The notes under the pieces were generated by a model. It was not told the origin of the DNA, did not search any database, and saw only the letters and a program-made list of their open reading frames with translations. The position numbers and the translations under genes were made by a program. Positions 10,028 to 19,907 of a stretch of DNA of 64,000 nt are shown here, piece by piece. Every line of letters starts with the position of its first letter. The first letter of the stretch is position 1. The stretch is taken from sequence record NC_054918.1. The stretch is one strand, 5' to 3'. The stretch comes from Escherichia phage vB_EcoM_G4498.

Positions 10028-11841
10028 TGGTGCTTAACCCTATGCATGATTTCTTTATTTTTACCGAGATTAAATCCGCGTTCGTTCGGATTTCCCAAAT
10101 AACCGCATGTTCTTCTTATGGTATTCATCTTTTTAGGATCAGTTTCTCCACAAATAGAACAAACAAATCCGTTTTCAGTAGGAATCATTTCATGGGTACT
10201 TCCGCATGTAAAACATTTATCTACTGGCATATTAACACCAAAATAATCTAAATGTTGTGCAGCATAATCCCATACAGCCTCAAGACCTTTTAGGTTATTT
10301 TTCATATCAGGAAGTTCAACATAAGAAATGTGACCACCTGTCGCAATGAAATGATATGGCGCTTCACGAGAAATCTTTTCAAACGGAGTAATATTTTCTT
10401 CTACTGAAACGTGGAAACTGTTAGTGTACCAGCCTTTATCGGTAACATCTTTTACACTTCCATATTTTTCTGTATCAAGTTTACAGAAGCGGTAACAAAG
10501 GTTTTCAGCAGGAGTCGAATATAAACTAAAAGCAAATCCGGTTCTTTCAGTCCACTGTTTAAGATGAGCATTCATTTTAGTTAAAATTTCTTGTCCAATA
10601 TCACGACCGACAAGAATATTCAATTCGTGAATACCAATGTATCCCAAAGACACTGAACTTCTGCCGTTTTTAAATAACTCAATTATATCGTCATCAGGTT
10701 TAAGACGAACCCCGAATGCACCTTCTTGGTAAAGAATAGGAGCAACAGTCGCTTTAACTCCTTTTAAGGAACTAATTCTACACATCAAAGCTTCAAAACA
10801 CAGATCCATTCGTTCATTAAATAGCTCAACAAATTTCTGCTCATTGAATTGAGTTCCAATATAAGAATCTAATGCGATGCGAGGAAGATTCAATGTTACA
10901 ACACCAAGATTATTACGTCCATCAAGAATTTCATTACCGGTTGAATCTTTCCACACACTCAAAAAACTGCGGCAACCCATTGGAGAAACAGGAATAGATG
11001 AACCGGTGATAGCTTTGTTATTCTTAGCCGAAATGATGTCAGGATACATTCTTTTGCTTGCACACTCTAAAGCAAGCTGTTTAATATCATAGTTAGGATC
11101 GTCTTTATAAAGATTAACACCTTCTTCAACGAACATAACAAGCTTAGGGAAAATAGGAGTTATCCCATCACGACCAAGACCTTTAATACGATTTTTCAGA
11201 ATTGCTTTCTGAATCATTCGTTCAGTCCAGTCAGTTCCTGTACCAAATGTAATTGTTACAAAAGGTGTTTGTCCGTTTGAACTAAAGAGAGTATTTACTT
11301 CATATTCATAAGCTTGGAATGCATCGTATACATCTTTTTCTGTTTTAGATTGAGCATAATTTAACGCATCAGCGATTTGCCATTTTTCTGCATCCTCAAT
11401 ATGTTTTGCATAGGTGCGTTTAACATAAGGAGAAAGTACTTTATCTACATTAGCAAAAGTCGTTCCGCCGTATTGATGGGAAGCAACCTGTGCAGTAATT
11501 TGTGCCATAATTGCAGTAGCAACACCGATTGATTTAGGAGTTTCAATCTGTGCATTACCAAGCTTAAATCCATTCTCAAGCATTCCTTTTAAATCTACTA
11601 AACAACAATTAGTAAATGGAAGAGCAGGGGAATAATCAATATCGTGGAAATGGATAATTCCGCTTTCATGCGCTTTCATAATAAAAGACGGGACCATATT
11701 TTTGGCAATGTGTTTAGACACAATACCAGCCATAAGGTCCCGTTGAGTTGGAAAAACACGAGAATCTTTATTAGCATTCTCATTCAAAAGGTCTTTATTA
11801 GTTTTATGAATCAATCCTTCAATTTCTTTTTCAATTGTCAT
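10024..11841 (-). CDS. nrdD: anaerobic ribonucleoside-triphosphate reductase
   Basis: 605 aa; C-terminal glycyl-radical motif RRTCGYLG and Zn ribbon CFTCG...CSICG; continuous ORF (no intron). Confidence 0.9.
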   Translation of the reverse strand: MTIEKEIEGLIHKTNKDLLNENANKDSRVFPTQRDLMAGIVSKHIAKNMVPSFIMKAHESGIIHFHDIDYSPALPFTNCCLVDLKGMLENGFKLGNAQIETPKSIGVATAIMAQITAQVASHQYGGTTFANVDKVLSPYVKRTYAKHIEDAEKWQIADALNYAQSKTEKDVYDAFQAYEYEVNTLFSSNGQTPFVTITFGTGTDWTERMIQKAILKNRIKGLGRDGITPIFPKLVMFVEEGVNLYKDDPNYDIKQLALECASKRMYPDIISAKNNKAITGSSIPVSPMGCRSFLSVWKDSTGNEILDGRNNLGVVTLNLPRIALDSYIGTQFNEQKFVELFNERMDLCFEALMCRISSLKGVKATVAPILYQEGAFGVRLKPDDDIIELFKNGRSSVSLGYIGIHELNILVGRDIGQEILTKMNAHLKQWTERTGFAFSLYSTPAENLCYRFCKLDTEKYGSVKDVTDKGWYTNSFHVSVEENITPFEKISREAPYHFIATGGHISYVELPDMKNNLKGLEAVWDYAAQHLDYFGVNMPVDKCFTCGSTHEMIPTENGFVCSICGETDPKKMNTIRRTCGYLGNPNERGFNLGKNKEIMHRVKHQ

Positions 11842-12311
11842 TTTAAACTCTTTCTAAGCTGCTTCTTAAATGAAGCTATTAACTGTGTTTTAGTGTCAGA
11901 TTCATTATATTCAAATCCTCTTTGAAGCATCTCAGCCATCATTTCCTCTTTTCCTAAACGAGAAAATTCCTTTGATTTATCTCCAACAAAGTTAGGGTGA
12001 ATATTATTTTGGGTGTAATCGGATTTTAAGTAAGTAAGTAAATTTTCTAACCATTCAAGATAATCAACACCTTGTCCCTTTAAGCCAGAACGATTAAATT
12101 TATGCTTCATTTGACCTTCTGCGGCATTGCATAGATTACAAAGCAATCCACGCACCTTTCCTGCTTTTGGTCCATTTAATTCATGGTCATGGTCGAGGTG
12201 ATTAGCTTGAACATCAGGATTTAGTTCTCGTTGGCAAATTAAGCATTTACCGTTTTGTGCATTATAAAATTTTTGTTTTTCTTCTTTATATAATTTGCCA
12301 GTCAATAACAT
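11838..12311 (-). CDS. 49: endonuclease VII (Holliday junction resolvase)
   Basis: 157 aa; near-identical to T4 endo VII as recalled (KCLICQRELNPDVQANHLDHDHELNGPKAGKVRGLLCNLCN). Confidence 0.9.
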   Translation of the reverse strand: MLLTGKLYKEEKQKFYNAQNGKCLICQRELNPDVQANHLDHDHELNGPKAGKVRGLLCNLCNAAEGQMKHKFNRSGLKGQGVDYLEWLENLLTYLKSDYTQNNIHPNFVGDKSKEFSRLGKEEMMAEMLQRGFEYNESDTKTQLIASFKKQLRKSLK

Positions 12312-12353
12312 AATAAAACCCTTACCTTAAATAGATAAGGGTATTTATTATTT

Positions 12354-12839
12354 TCAAGTATTGTAAAACATTTGATGCAATCGCTTATATTGCTGAATCA
12401 TTCGGTCAGAAAAAGAAATTTGAGTTTCAAGCCATTCAATGTATTCTGCAGCAGCTTGCATCAGGTTACCTTCATAGCCATCGTTATTTTCTTGTGCAGC
12501 TAATTTAGCTAATGCGTATGAAATACGTTCACCTTGAAAATCGGCTTTAGGCTTCTGAACAACTTGATTAGTTCGCTCTACAACTTCTTCAATTTCGCCA
12601 TTTTCGACTGATTCAGTATTCCACAAACACCAATACGTAATTGGCTTATCGTAGATGTTAATAATCTTTCCGTCGGAAAGTTCAATTTCAATAATTCCAG
12701 TATCAGGTTCTATATCATCTTCGCATTCTTTTGCAAGTTCACGAACTTTAAAGACAGTACCTGCACTAAGTTCCGGCCAGTAATTACACAGCCCTGTATC
12801 AGCACGATTAATTCTAAACCACTTATCTACTGTAATCAT
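12354..12839 (-). CDS. pin: hypothetical protein, possibly Pin (Lon protease inhibitor) by size and position
   Basis: 161 aa from ATG at 12839 (GGAG SD); immediately upstream of gene 49 as in T4; no sequence confirmation. Confidence 0.4.
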   Translation of the reverse strand: MITVDKWFRINRADTGLCNYWPELSAGTVFKVRELAKECEDDIEPDTGIIEIELSDGKIINIYDKPITYWCLWNTESVENGEIEEVVERTNQVVQKPKADFQGERISYALAKLAAQENNDGYEGNLMQAAAEYIEWLETQISFSDRMIQQYKRLHQMFYNT

Positions 12840-12962
12840 GTCCCATCTCCATATCAATTAAATCATTTATCGTTGGTTCATTATATACTGTTTCTTCATC
12901 AGTGTAAACCGGTTCTTCCGACTCTGGCTCTACAGTTTCCCATCTAGCCGCCCACCAAGGTT

Positions 12963-13283
12963 TTATAGCGTAATCCATTCTCGTACTGTCTGAGTTACTA
13001 CACGTTCTCGAAGCTCGACTAGTTCAACAGTCGGAACTGCATAATACCAGTCAGAATGATAAGAACCCGAACGGCATTCATTTACGGAAACATGTACGTT
13101 ATGTTTTGGACTAAAATAAACACACTGACGATATTGACATTTGCCGTCTTGCACCCAGTCTTCTATTTCGACAGGTTTAAGATAATCGGAAAAATCGAAA
13201 TCATAGTTTTCTGAAAATGCATCATGGTCTTCAATGATTTCACTCAGAACTGCATCAACATCTAATTTATTTTCAGTATTCAT
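12963..13283 (-). CDS. hypothetical acidic protein (106 aa)
   Basis: ORF in operon orientation. Confidence 0.45.
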   Translation of the reverse strand: MNTENKLDVDAVLSEIIEDHDAFSENYDFDFSDYLKPVEIEDWVQDGKCQYRQCVYFSPKHNVHVSVNECRSGSYHSDWYYAVPTVELVELRERVVTQTVREWITL

Positions 13284-13293
13284 TTTTCACCAA

Positions 13294-13503
13294 TTAATTT
13301 CGCAATTTATTAAGTTCTTCATAATCAATCCAGGATTCTAATCCTGATGGCAAATCAGATTCAATTTCCCAAAGAAGTTCTTCAATTTTATGAAGACGAT
13401 CTAGTTCTTCAGCAGGAATAGTAACCACTGACGGAGCTCTTGCTACATTAATATCGTAAATCATATTTACCCCAGTTTGACCATACAATCGCCGTATTTC
13501 CAC
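13294..13503 (-). CDS. hypothetical protein (69 aa)
   Basis: ORF. Confidence 0.4.
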   Translation of the reverse strand: MEIRRLYGQTGVNMIYDINVARAPSVVTIPAEELDRLHKIEELLWEIESDLPSGLESWIDYEELNKLRN

Positions 13504-13682
13504 TTAGAAATAGACTTTTCACCATTAGAATAATAAACTTCAAGTTTAGCACGATTATTTTTAATTTGAATAACCTTTGCTGCCATCAAAGTTCCATACC
13601 CATAATAAACTGCAACTTCATCACCTACATATACCGCGCTTCCGCGGTAATCGTGAATATAGTCAGTTCCTTCGAGCATCAT
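13467..13682 (-). CDS. hypothetical protein (71 aa)
   Basis: ORF overlapping neighbours at both ends. Confidence 0.4.
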   Translation of the reverse strand: MMLEGTDYIHDYRGSAVYVGDEVAVYYGYGTLMAAKVIQIKNNRAKLEVYYSNGEKSISKWKYGDCMVKLG

Positions 13683-13942
13683 TTAAAATATTCTCGCAGT
13701 TGGTCAAATCCACCAATATGACTTCCATCAGGAGCAAATACCTGGGGCATTGTCAAGCCGATTTGAGTATCACGACCTAATTTAGTCAGAAGCTCAGCGA
13801 TTTTCTCATCATCAAAAACACCTTTTTCCGGCATAATGTTGATAAATTCAAACGGCTGTTTCTTCACGATCAAAAGACGTTTTGCATTATCGCAATACAC
13901 ACATTTATGAATGTTACTATCATAACCATATACTTTAAACAT
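13679..13942 (-). CDS. nrdC: thioredoxin (glutaredoxin-like)
   Basis: 87 aa; active site CVYC; near-identical to T4 NrdC as recalled. Confidence 0.9.
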   Translation of the reverse strand: MFKVYGYDSNIHKCVYCDNAKRLLIVKKQPFEFINIMPEKGVFDDEKIAELLTKLGRDTQIGLTMPQVFAPDGSHIGGFDQLREYFK

Positions 13943-13943
13943 A

Positions 13944-14186
13944 TTATTCCTTAATTCCTAGTACTTGTTTAAAAGTCTCGTCGTAATCAAGACTTTGGCC
14001 CGTTTGTTCTTTATGTTTGTATATAATATCACTTACTTCTGATAGCATATTTTTATATGAACGAGTTAAAGCAGATTTAAGCACGCTGTATCTATCAGGA
14101 AATTTACCATGTTCATTATAATAAGCTATTGCTAATTCACGGACTGCCTTTTCAGCAGCCTCCATATATTCTTTACGCTTGGTCAT
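13944..14186 (-). CDS. hypothetical protein (about 80 aa from [15 protein letters not shown]...)
   Basis: ORF; N-terminal extension in the track is unlikely. Confidence 0.4.
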   Translation of the reverse strand: MTKRKEYMEAAEKAVRELAIAYYNEHGKFPDRYSVLKSALTRSYKNMLSEVSDIIYKHKEQTGQSLDYDETFKQVLGIKE

Positions 14187-14490
14187 TTTCTTCTCGGTCA
14201 AATCGGTGTTTACAATGGCGACATTTATAACGAAGATTACTAGTCTGCCAATGGACCAATTGCACCTGTTCAGTTCCACATTCAGGGCAATTAGGAACGT
14301 TTTTAGAAGCACGTTCGCGACGTTCAACCATAACCATAATGGCATCCCAAGCAGGAGGTTTAAAGTCTAAATCGTCACAACCATGAATCTTTCCACGCAT
14401 TTCCAAATCGTCTTCTTCACCAGCCATAATAATTTTAATTAGACTAGAATTACTTGAAGCTGCAATGTCTTCTAATAGACGCTTTTTCAT
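14173..14490 (-). CDS. hypothetical protein with C-terminal zinc ribbon
   Basis: CPECG...CRHCKH motif. Confidence 0.45.
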   Translation of the reverse strand: MKKRLLEDIAASSNSSLIKIIMAGEEDDLEMRGKIHGCDDLDFKPPAWDAIMVMVERRERASKNVPNCPECGTEQVQLVHWQTSNLRYKCRHCKHRFDREENDQA

Positions 14491-15416
14491 TTCAATACCT
14501 CAATAGCATTACGTAAACCATTTGCTTTTGCATTAAGAGCTTTTAACAATTTGGTGTGTTCTGCAATTTGGGCTTCAACTTCAATCAAACGAGCATTGAG
14601 ATATTCGCGTTCTTCACTCAGATTATCAACCTTTTCTACTTTAGGCTCTTTTACAACTGTCTTATATGTATTAGGGTTCTTCAGTTTAATTAGAATGCGT
14701 GAACTGTATAACATTGAACCATTATTTTCGGTTTCGTCATACATTTCTACTACATCCATAATTTTTAACATCATGCGGAGTTTATAAGACAACGAACGAA
14801 TAGTTTTGTTGTGCTTATTAATTTCTTTAGCTGTCATGGTGCCGAGATTACGTGAGTAATAATAAGGAACCTGGATATTAATTAATACTGATGAACCACC
14901 TGGCTTGTGTGTTACTTCATCAGCAATAACCCAGTCCTTAACATGAACTGTATTTGTACGGTCATCACCCGCGGTAAACAGTTTGCGAGCATGCTTAAAA
15001 AGCATATTCACTTGGTCATTGAATTGACAAGCAAATTTATCAGCAAATTTAGTTTCAGGAATGGTAGATAACCAATCAGCCAAATGGGTCTTTTTAACAT
15101 CGTTAACAATAGTAAATTCAACCAAATCGGTTATAGATGTCGCAGATTTAACAAAGTTCGGCTTCATAAAGTTTTTAATGTTATCGTGAGCTACAGTAGA
15201 AGATAACATACGAGAACGTTTAAACCATTCAAGCAAATTGCCTAACGAATGAGAATAAGCGTTTTGAGTATCTTTACAGATATGATTTTCCTGGCTAACA
15301 TATTGAAGGAAATCACGAAGAATATTATTGATTACTGCTCTGTGTCCGATCTGATAATTACGATGTTTAGTAATAAGACTGTCAAAATAATCAATATAAT
15401 GTTTACGAGTTTTCAT
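14487..15416 (-). CDS. hypothetical protein (309 aa) with C-terminal coiled-coil tail
   Basis: C-terminus [42 protein letters not shown]; first of four similarly built tandem genes. Confidence 0.55.
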   Translation of the reverse strand: MKTRKHYIDYFDSLITKHRNYQIGHRAVINNILRDFLQYVSQENHICKDTQNAYSHSLGNLLEWFKRSRMLSSTVAHDNIKNFMKPNFVKSATSITDLVEFTIVNDVKKTHLADWLSTIPETKFADKFACQFNDQVNMLFKHARKLFTAGDDRTNTVHVKDWVIADEVTHKPGGSSVLINIQVPYYYSRNLGTMTAKEINKHNKTIRSLSYKLRMMLKIMDVVEMYDETENNGSMLYSSRILIKLKNPNTYKTVVKEPKVEKVDNLSEEREYLNARLIEVEAQIAEHTKLLKALNAKANGLRNAIEVLK

Positions 15417-15470
15417 GTTCTTCTCACTTGGTTAATGATTTATACTCCGAGCCATCCTTGGCTTTAAATT

Positions 15471-16472
15471 TTACTTAATTAACTGTAAAGCCTGTTCTAA
15501 ACGATCAAGACGATTAACAGATTCTTCCCAAATCCTTTTAGCCTGCTCATATTCTTTCTGCGCTTTATTAGAAATTTCTAGAACTTCTTTATAAGCTTTT
15601 TCTAATGCAATAACTTCTGGACGAATTTCTACCTGTTCAGGTGAATCATCAAGACATTCCATTAGTTCCTCAAGGGTAGTTTCTTCTTTAGGAGTATTCA
15701 CAATTTCATCACATTTTTGTTGGTAAATTTCTTTATTAGTCGGTGAGTACGCACACTTTACTTCACGAAGACTAATTATAATTTTATATCCTTCCCATCC
15801 ACACATATTTTTGAAAGGATATGTATGAATACTTTTTACAGTTTCCATACAGCCCAAAGCCGTCTCTAATTGATGAGTTATAGTGCTAGCAATTGAGAAA
15901 AATTTATTAATGTTCTTTTGATTAGCTGCTGGTGTAAAAAATCCATAATTCACAAAAATAGCTACTTTATTTTTATCAAGCTCATATTCTTTTACGATAA
16001 TCATATCAGAAGCCAAAGGATGAATTTGACGATAATCGCCATAACATAATTTAGAAGCTGATTTTAGAATTTGTCCTTTGAAAAGTCTGAAATTACTAAT
16101 CCAACGACGAGTAAAAATATTCTCAGGGTCTTCTTTGATATTAAGATGATAAGAATTAACATCACCGAACCAATTATATCCTACTACATCTTTGGTTCGT
16201 TTAATTTCTTTCCCAAAATTACCAAGAATATCCCGATTAACCAAATATGAAAGAAGACGAGATCCTTTAAAGGTTTTCTTAATGGCATCTTTATTTGTAC
16301 GACTAGAAATTTCATGAACTTCATGAATAAATTTGCCGGAAGAAACAATACTTGCATCAATATTATTGAGCCATTGATTGATAATAGAAAGAACACTATT
16401 TTGGCCAAACAGCGGTATAACTTTATCATCAATAACGCTATTGAATGATTTGATATATTCGTTACGAGTCAT
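15471..16472 (-). CDS. hypothetical protein (about 333 aa) with C-terminal coiled-coil tail
   Basis: start at MTRNEY (GAGGAG SD); C-terminus KAQKEYEQAKRIWEESVNRLDRLEQALQLIK. Confidence 0.55.
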   Translation of the reverse strand: MTRNEYIKSFNSVIDDKVIPLFGQNSVLSIINQWLNNIDASIVSSGKFIHEVHEISSRTNKDAIKKTFKGSRLLSYLVNRDILGNFGKEIKRTKDVVGYNWFGDVNSYHLNIKEDPENIFTRRWISNFRLFKGQILKSASKLCYGDYRQIHPLASDMIIVKEYELDKNKVAIFVNYGFFTPAANQKNINKFFSIASTITHQLETALGCMETVKSIHTYPFKNMCGWEGYKIIISLREVKCAYSPTNKEIYQQKCDEIVNTPKEETTLEELMECLDDSPEQVEIRPEVIALEKAYKEVLEISNKAQKEYEQAKRIWEESVNRLDRLEQALQLIK

Positions 16473-16498
16473 ATTAATCTCCTCAGTAGAAAGTAAGA

Positions 16499-16530
16499 AC
16501 ATTATACCACATCCTTGTGGCGAAGTAAAC
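16499..16530 (-). promoter_or_regulatory. T4-type early promoter (-35 GTTTAC, -10 TATAAT)
   Basis: minus-strand GTTTACTTCGCCACAAGGATGTGGTATAATG. Confidence 0.55.
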
Positions 16531-17549
16531 TAGTTCAGTGCATTTAGTGCGTTGTTCAGTTTAGAACGTTGCTTCGTGAGATTTTTGACTTTTTCTTGAG
16601 CTTTTTCTAGCATCTTTTCAGCTTCTAGCACTTCATTGGTCGCTTTAACGAGTTCATCATCTACTGCCTTGATAGACTTCTCAATCGCATCCGCGTGCCA
16701 TTTTTCAACAGGTTTAAGACTCGGATTTTCAATAGGAAGAAAATTCACTTTATTGAATTTCCATGCATCTTTATTGCCTGAACTATACATCCAAAATTTA
16801 GGATCGTTTGATGAGTAATTAGATAAATTTAAGTTATCTTGCACTTCTTGCTTTTTCTCTTGCGGGACTTCATCCTTTCTCAAAAAATCGTATTTAAATG
16901 AAACGATCATATCAAGTTCATATGTTGTTGTATGTTCCCAATTTCGCTCAAAACGAGGTAAAATCTTAGAATGAACAGCGGCAACAACATCCATATACTT
17001 AAATGCTTCTGTCAACTGCGATTTAAGGCATTCGCAAATTGAAAGAGAATTTTTTGTATTAGGTTTAAAGCTAATTCGTGCAGTTCTATTATTTTCTTTT
17101 AATGGTCTTACTTCCATCTGAAGAGTATAACCATCAAATTTCAGGTTCTTTAAGTTAATGTCAGAACCTTTTAATCGACTAGCCGTCGACAAAATTTGCT
17201 TTAATTGTTTACGGAATAGAGCAATAAATCTCCATTCAATACGATAATGATTTGGATTGAAAAATCCAGATGATAAATCGACCTTACTCTGACCAACACC
17301 TTGAACAAACAGAGGATTTTTATAATCAATAGTTTTACAGAAATCGGTGAGCTGCTCACGAGCAGTCATTTGTGTAATATACCCCGCTTTACTAAAATGA
17401 CGTAACCATTCACTGCTATTCATATATTTAAAGTGAATATCACGATTAACTTTATCAGGGTCTAAATTATTTTGGCACAAAAATGTCATAACATCACGAG
17501 TATAGCTGGCATTACGAACCATATCTTCAATTTGAGAACGAGTTTTCAT
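16530..17549 (-). CDS. hypothetical protein (339 aa) with C-terminal coiled-coil tail
   Basis: C-terminus VLEAEKMLEKAQEKVKNLTKQRSKLNNALNALN. Confidence 0.55.
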   Translation of the reverse strand: MKTRSQIEDMVRNASYTRDVMTFLCQNNLDPDKVNRDIHFKYMNSSEWLRHFSKAGYITQMTAREQLTDFCKTIDYKNPLFVQGVGQSKVDLSSGFFNPNHYRIEWRFIALFRKQLKQILSTASRLKGSDINLKNLKFDGYTLQMEVRPLKENNRTARISFKPNTKNSLSICECLKSQLTEAFKYMDVVAAVHSKILPRFERNWEHTTTYELDMIVSFKYDFLRKDEVPQEKKQEVQDNLNLSNYSSNDPKFWMYSSGNKDAWKFNKVNFLPIENPSLKPVEKWHADAIEKSIKAVDDELVKATNEVLEAEKMLEKAQEKVKNLTKQRSKLNNALNALN

Positions 17550-17557
17550 GGTGTTCC

Positions 17558-18445
17558 TTAAGATTTAAGTAAATCAACAATTTTAATTAACTTTTCACGC
17601 TCAGATTTAGCTTTACTACTCAATCCAGATAGTCTGAAAATTTCATCGTCATACTGTTGAATAGAAATATTCAGCTCTTCAATTTGCTTATTAAAATAAT
17701 CAATTTGCTCAGAATGTTTTTCATTACTGCGAACTGGTACAGGTTTTGTAGGCAATTTAGTTAAACTGGATTCATCCGGGCGATAAATTAAAATACAACT
17801 TGAACCAATCGGGCATTTAGCACCAGACACATATTCTAATGTTCCGGCTTCTTTTAAAACTTCAAAAGCTAAACAGAGATGATGCCCCATATTAACATAA
17901 TCTGTAGAGCGAGCTCTGACGTAATAATCATCGCCGCGAATACTAAATTTAAAGCATTTAAGGTCTTCTGTATTATTGGTCTTAAAAATCATTTGTTTAT
18001 CTAGACCTTTAGCTAATCGAGCGCCTAATGCTAATAATCGTCGTTGATTTTCCCACAAATCTGCGATCATTTGGTCAAATGATAATTTCGGCATTAGTCG
18101 ACCGTAAAGATCATAGCCTTTATTATAATTGCGAAGAATTTCACTTGCATTAATACGAGACAATGCTCCAATTTTATTAAGGGCTTTCATAATGCGATTA
18201 GATAAACCCATTCCAGACCCGTTTGTTCGCTGTAAATGTTTTTCTAATCCAAATCCAATATCAACTTTAAACTTATCTAAAATTTCTGCATGAACATCTC
18301 TGTCAATAACATTCAAATCCAAAGTTGGGTTAAATCTATGAAAAAATTTATCTGGCTCTCCACGACGAAGTACAGTCCATTCATTCAATTTTTTATTAAC
18401 TAAAGATTTAATTACTGCATTGACATTATTAATTACTACTGACAT
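17558..18445 (-). CDS. hypothetical protein (about 295 aa) with C-terminal coiled-coil tail
   Basis: start at MSVVINN (GAGGAAAAT SD); C-terminus QIEELNISIQQYDDEIFRLSGLSSKAKSEREKLIKIVDLLKS. Confidence 0.55.
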   Translation of the reverse strand: MSVVINNVNAVIKSLVNKKLNEWTVLRRGEPDKFFHRFNPTLDLNVIDRDVHAEILDKFKVDIGFGLEKHLQRTNGSGMGLSNRIMKALNKIGALSRINASEILRNYNKGYDLYGRLMPKLSFDQMIADLWENQRRLLALGARLAKGLDKQMIFKTNNTEDLKCFKFSIRGDDYYVRARSTDYVNMGHHLCLAFEVLKEAGTLEYVSGAKCPIGSSCILIYRPDESSLTKLPTKPVPVRSNEKHSEQIDYFNKQIEELNISIQQYDDEIFRLSGLSSKAKSEREKLIKIVDLLKS

Positions 18446-18452
18446 ATTTTCC

Positions 18453-18860
18453 TCACTCAATTTCAATTTTACTAAATACGCAGAATATGATGGAAAAGAC
18501 TATATAAGCACCGCATACAGATTGAACTAATACCATTCCAAAGAACCAAACAATATTATCAAACAATGTCTGTTTTACGTCGAAAGGACGTAAACTTACA
18601 GTAATATTATCGCCTTTTTCTATTGATGAATACATCTCTGGGGAAATATATTCGCTAAATCTATAACCGTCTTTGAGTTCATATACGGCAATAAACGATA
18701 AACTAGACCCCTTTCCTTGAGTTCCTGTAAGGGTATTAACTACAGTAACATCATAATCTTTATAATGCATATAATCATTAATTGCGTAATAACCATATGC
18801 AATTACTATACATAAACAACATATCAATAAATTCAATCTTTTAATTATCAACTGTTTCAT
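18453..18860 (-). CDS. membrane protein (135 aa, N- and C-terminal hydrophobic helices)
   Basis: hydrophobic segments LLICCLCIVIAYGYYAI and IVWFFGMVLVQSVCGAYIVFSIIFCVF. Confidence 0.5.
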   Translation of the reverse strand: MKQLIIKRLNLLICCLCIVIAYGYYAINDYMHYKDYDVTVVNTLTGTQGKGSSLSFIAVYELKDGYRFSEYISPEMYSSIEKGDNITVSLRPFDVKQTLFDNIVWFFGMVLVQSVCGAYIVFSIIFCVFSKIEIE

Positions 18861-18915
18861 AATAATCTCAATTAAAAGGGCTTAGAACCATTATACCATC
18901 CTTGGTATAAAGCGG

Positions 18916-19443
18916 TTATGCGAGTACCGTCTTTAACCGTTCTTCAAACTTCCGAAGAGTATTTTGGCGTTCAGCTCTTTGCTTTTTGTAAGTTTCAATA
19001 CGCTCTGAAATGAGAGTGTATCGTTCATTTACTGATTCTTTCATAAAATCAGGAATTTCACGAGAAGCTTTAATCTCGTCAAATTTATCAATAACAGCTT
19101 GCTCTTCAGCAATTAAGTTATCATACATCAAAATATCTTTCTTGATGAACTCAATATCTTCTTGAGTTACACGAGATAATTTAGATGCTTTATCCTTTTT
19201 GTACTGTTCGTTAGTATCACGAGACCAGTGTAATGTACGATTTTTATTCATATTCTTGTAAATTTCTACAATACCAATCTCATCGATAATAACGATCCAA
19301 TTCCAACGGGATTTGTAAATTTGTCCTCCATCAACAGTGATTTCACCTCCGATTGAGATGTCATTAAAGAACTTGCTTTGTGCTTCAGATTTAAATTTAC
19401 CATCATTGTAGTTTACCAAGTTGAAAATATCTTTAGCATTCAT
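18916..19443 (-). CDS. hypothetical protein (about 175 aa) with coiled-coil C-terminus
   Basis: start at MNAKDIFN (GGAGGA SD) just downstream of an early promoter. Confidence 0.5.
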   Translation of the reverse strand: MNAKDIFNLVNYNDGKFKSEAQSKFFNDISIGGEITVDGGQIYKSRWNWIVIIDEIGIVEIYKNMNKNRTLHWSRDTNEQYKKDKASKLSRVTQEDIEFIKKDILMYDNLIAEEQAVIDKFDEIKASREIPDFMKESVNERYTLISERIETYKKQRAERQNTLRKFEERLKTVLA

Positions 19444-19469
19444 TTTCTGTTCCTCCGTAGTTGATAGTT

Positions 19470-19501
19470 GTATAGTACCACAGAGGAACGGTCTTGTAAA
19501 C
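19470..19501 (-). promoter_or_regulatory. T4-type early promoter (-35 GTTTAC, -10 TACTAT)
   Basis: minus-strand GTTTACAAGACCGTTCCTCTGTGGTACTATACAACTATC. Confidence 0.5.
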
Positions 19502-19503
19502 AA

Positions 19504-19818
19504 CTAAAAGAAACTTCTTTCACAATTTTTTCCACTGAACCACGCACTCACTGCTTTCTTAGTCTCAGGAGCAGTGTTATCCATAAACCATTCAAAGGCA
19601 GCCTTTTTATGATTCTGGAGGGCTTCTCGGGCTTTAATCTGCTCACGGTCTATTAACACTAACATATGAGCCTTTCTTGTCACCAGGGGCTTCTTATGAT
19701 TTTTTGAATACTCCCAATCATTTGTCCATCGCATCGTTGTTGCGAATTGAAGTACAGCTTCCTTAATCTTAGTTTCGTAAATTTCACGAGCCTTTGAGTA
19801 TAACATCACTACCTCCAT
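19504..19818 (-). CDS. hypothetical protein (104 aa)
   Basis: ORF in operon orientation. Confidence 0.45.
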   Translation of the reverse strand: MEVVMLYSKAREIYETKIKEAVLQFATTMRWTNDWEYSKNHKKPLVTRKAHMLVLIDREQIKAREALQNHKKAAFEWFMDNTAPETKKAVSAWFSGKNCERSFF

Positions 19819-19907
19819 TTACCAGTTTAATTCTAGTCATCTTTTTGATGGCAGTCCATATAATCTATTTCTGAACTGCCTTTTTGTCATAGAAATCCTC
19901 TTATGAA

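Noticed and set aside
10027-11925. Plus-strand ORFs antisense to nrdD (10027-10251, 10877-11092, 11644-11925)
   Set aside because: Embedded in the conserved nrdD ORF; no independent signals
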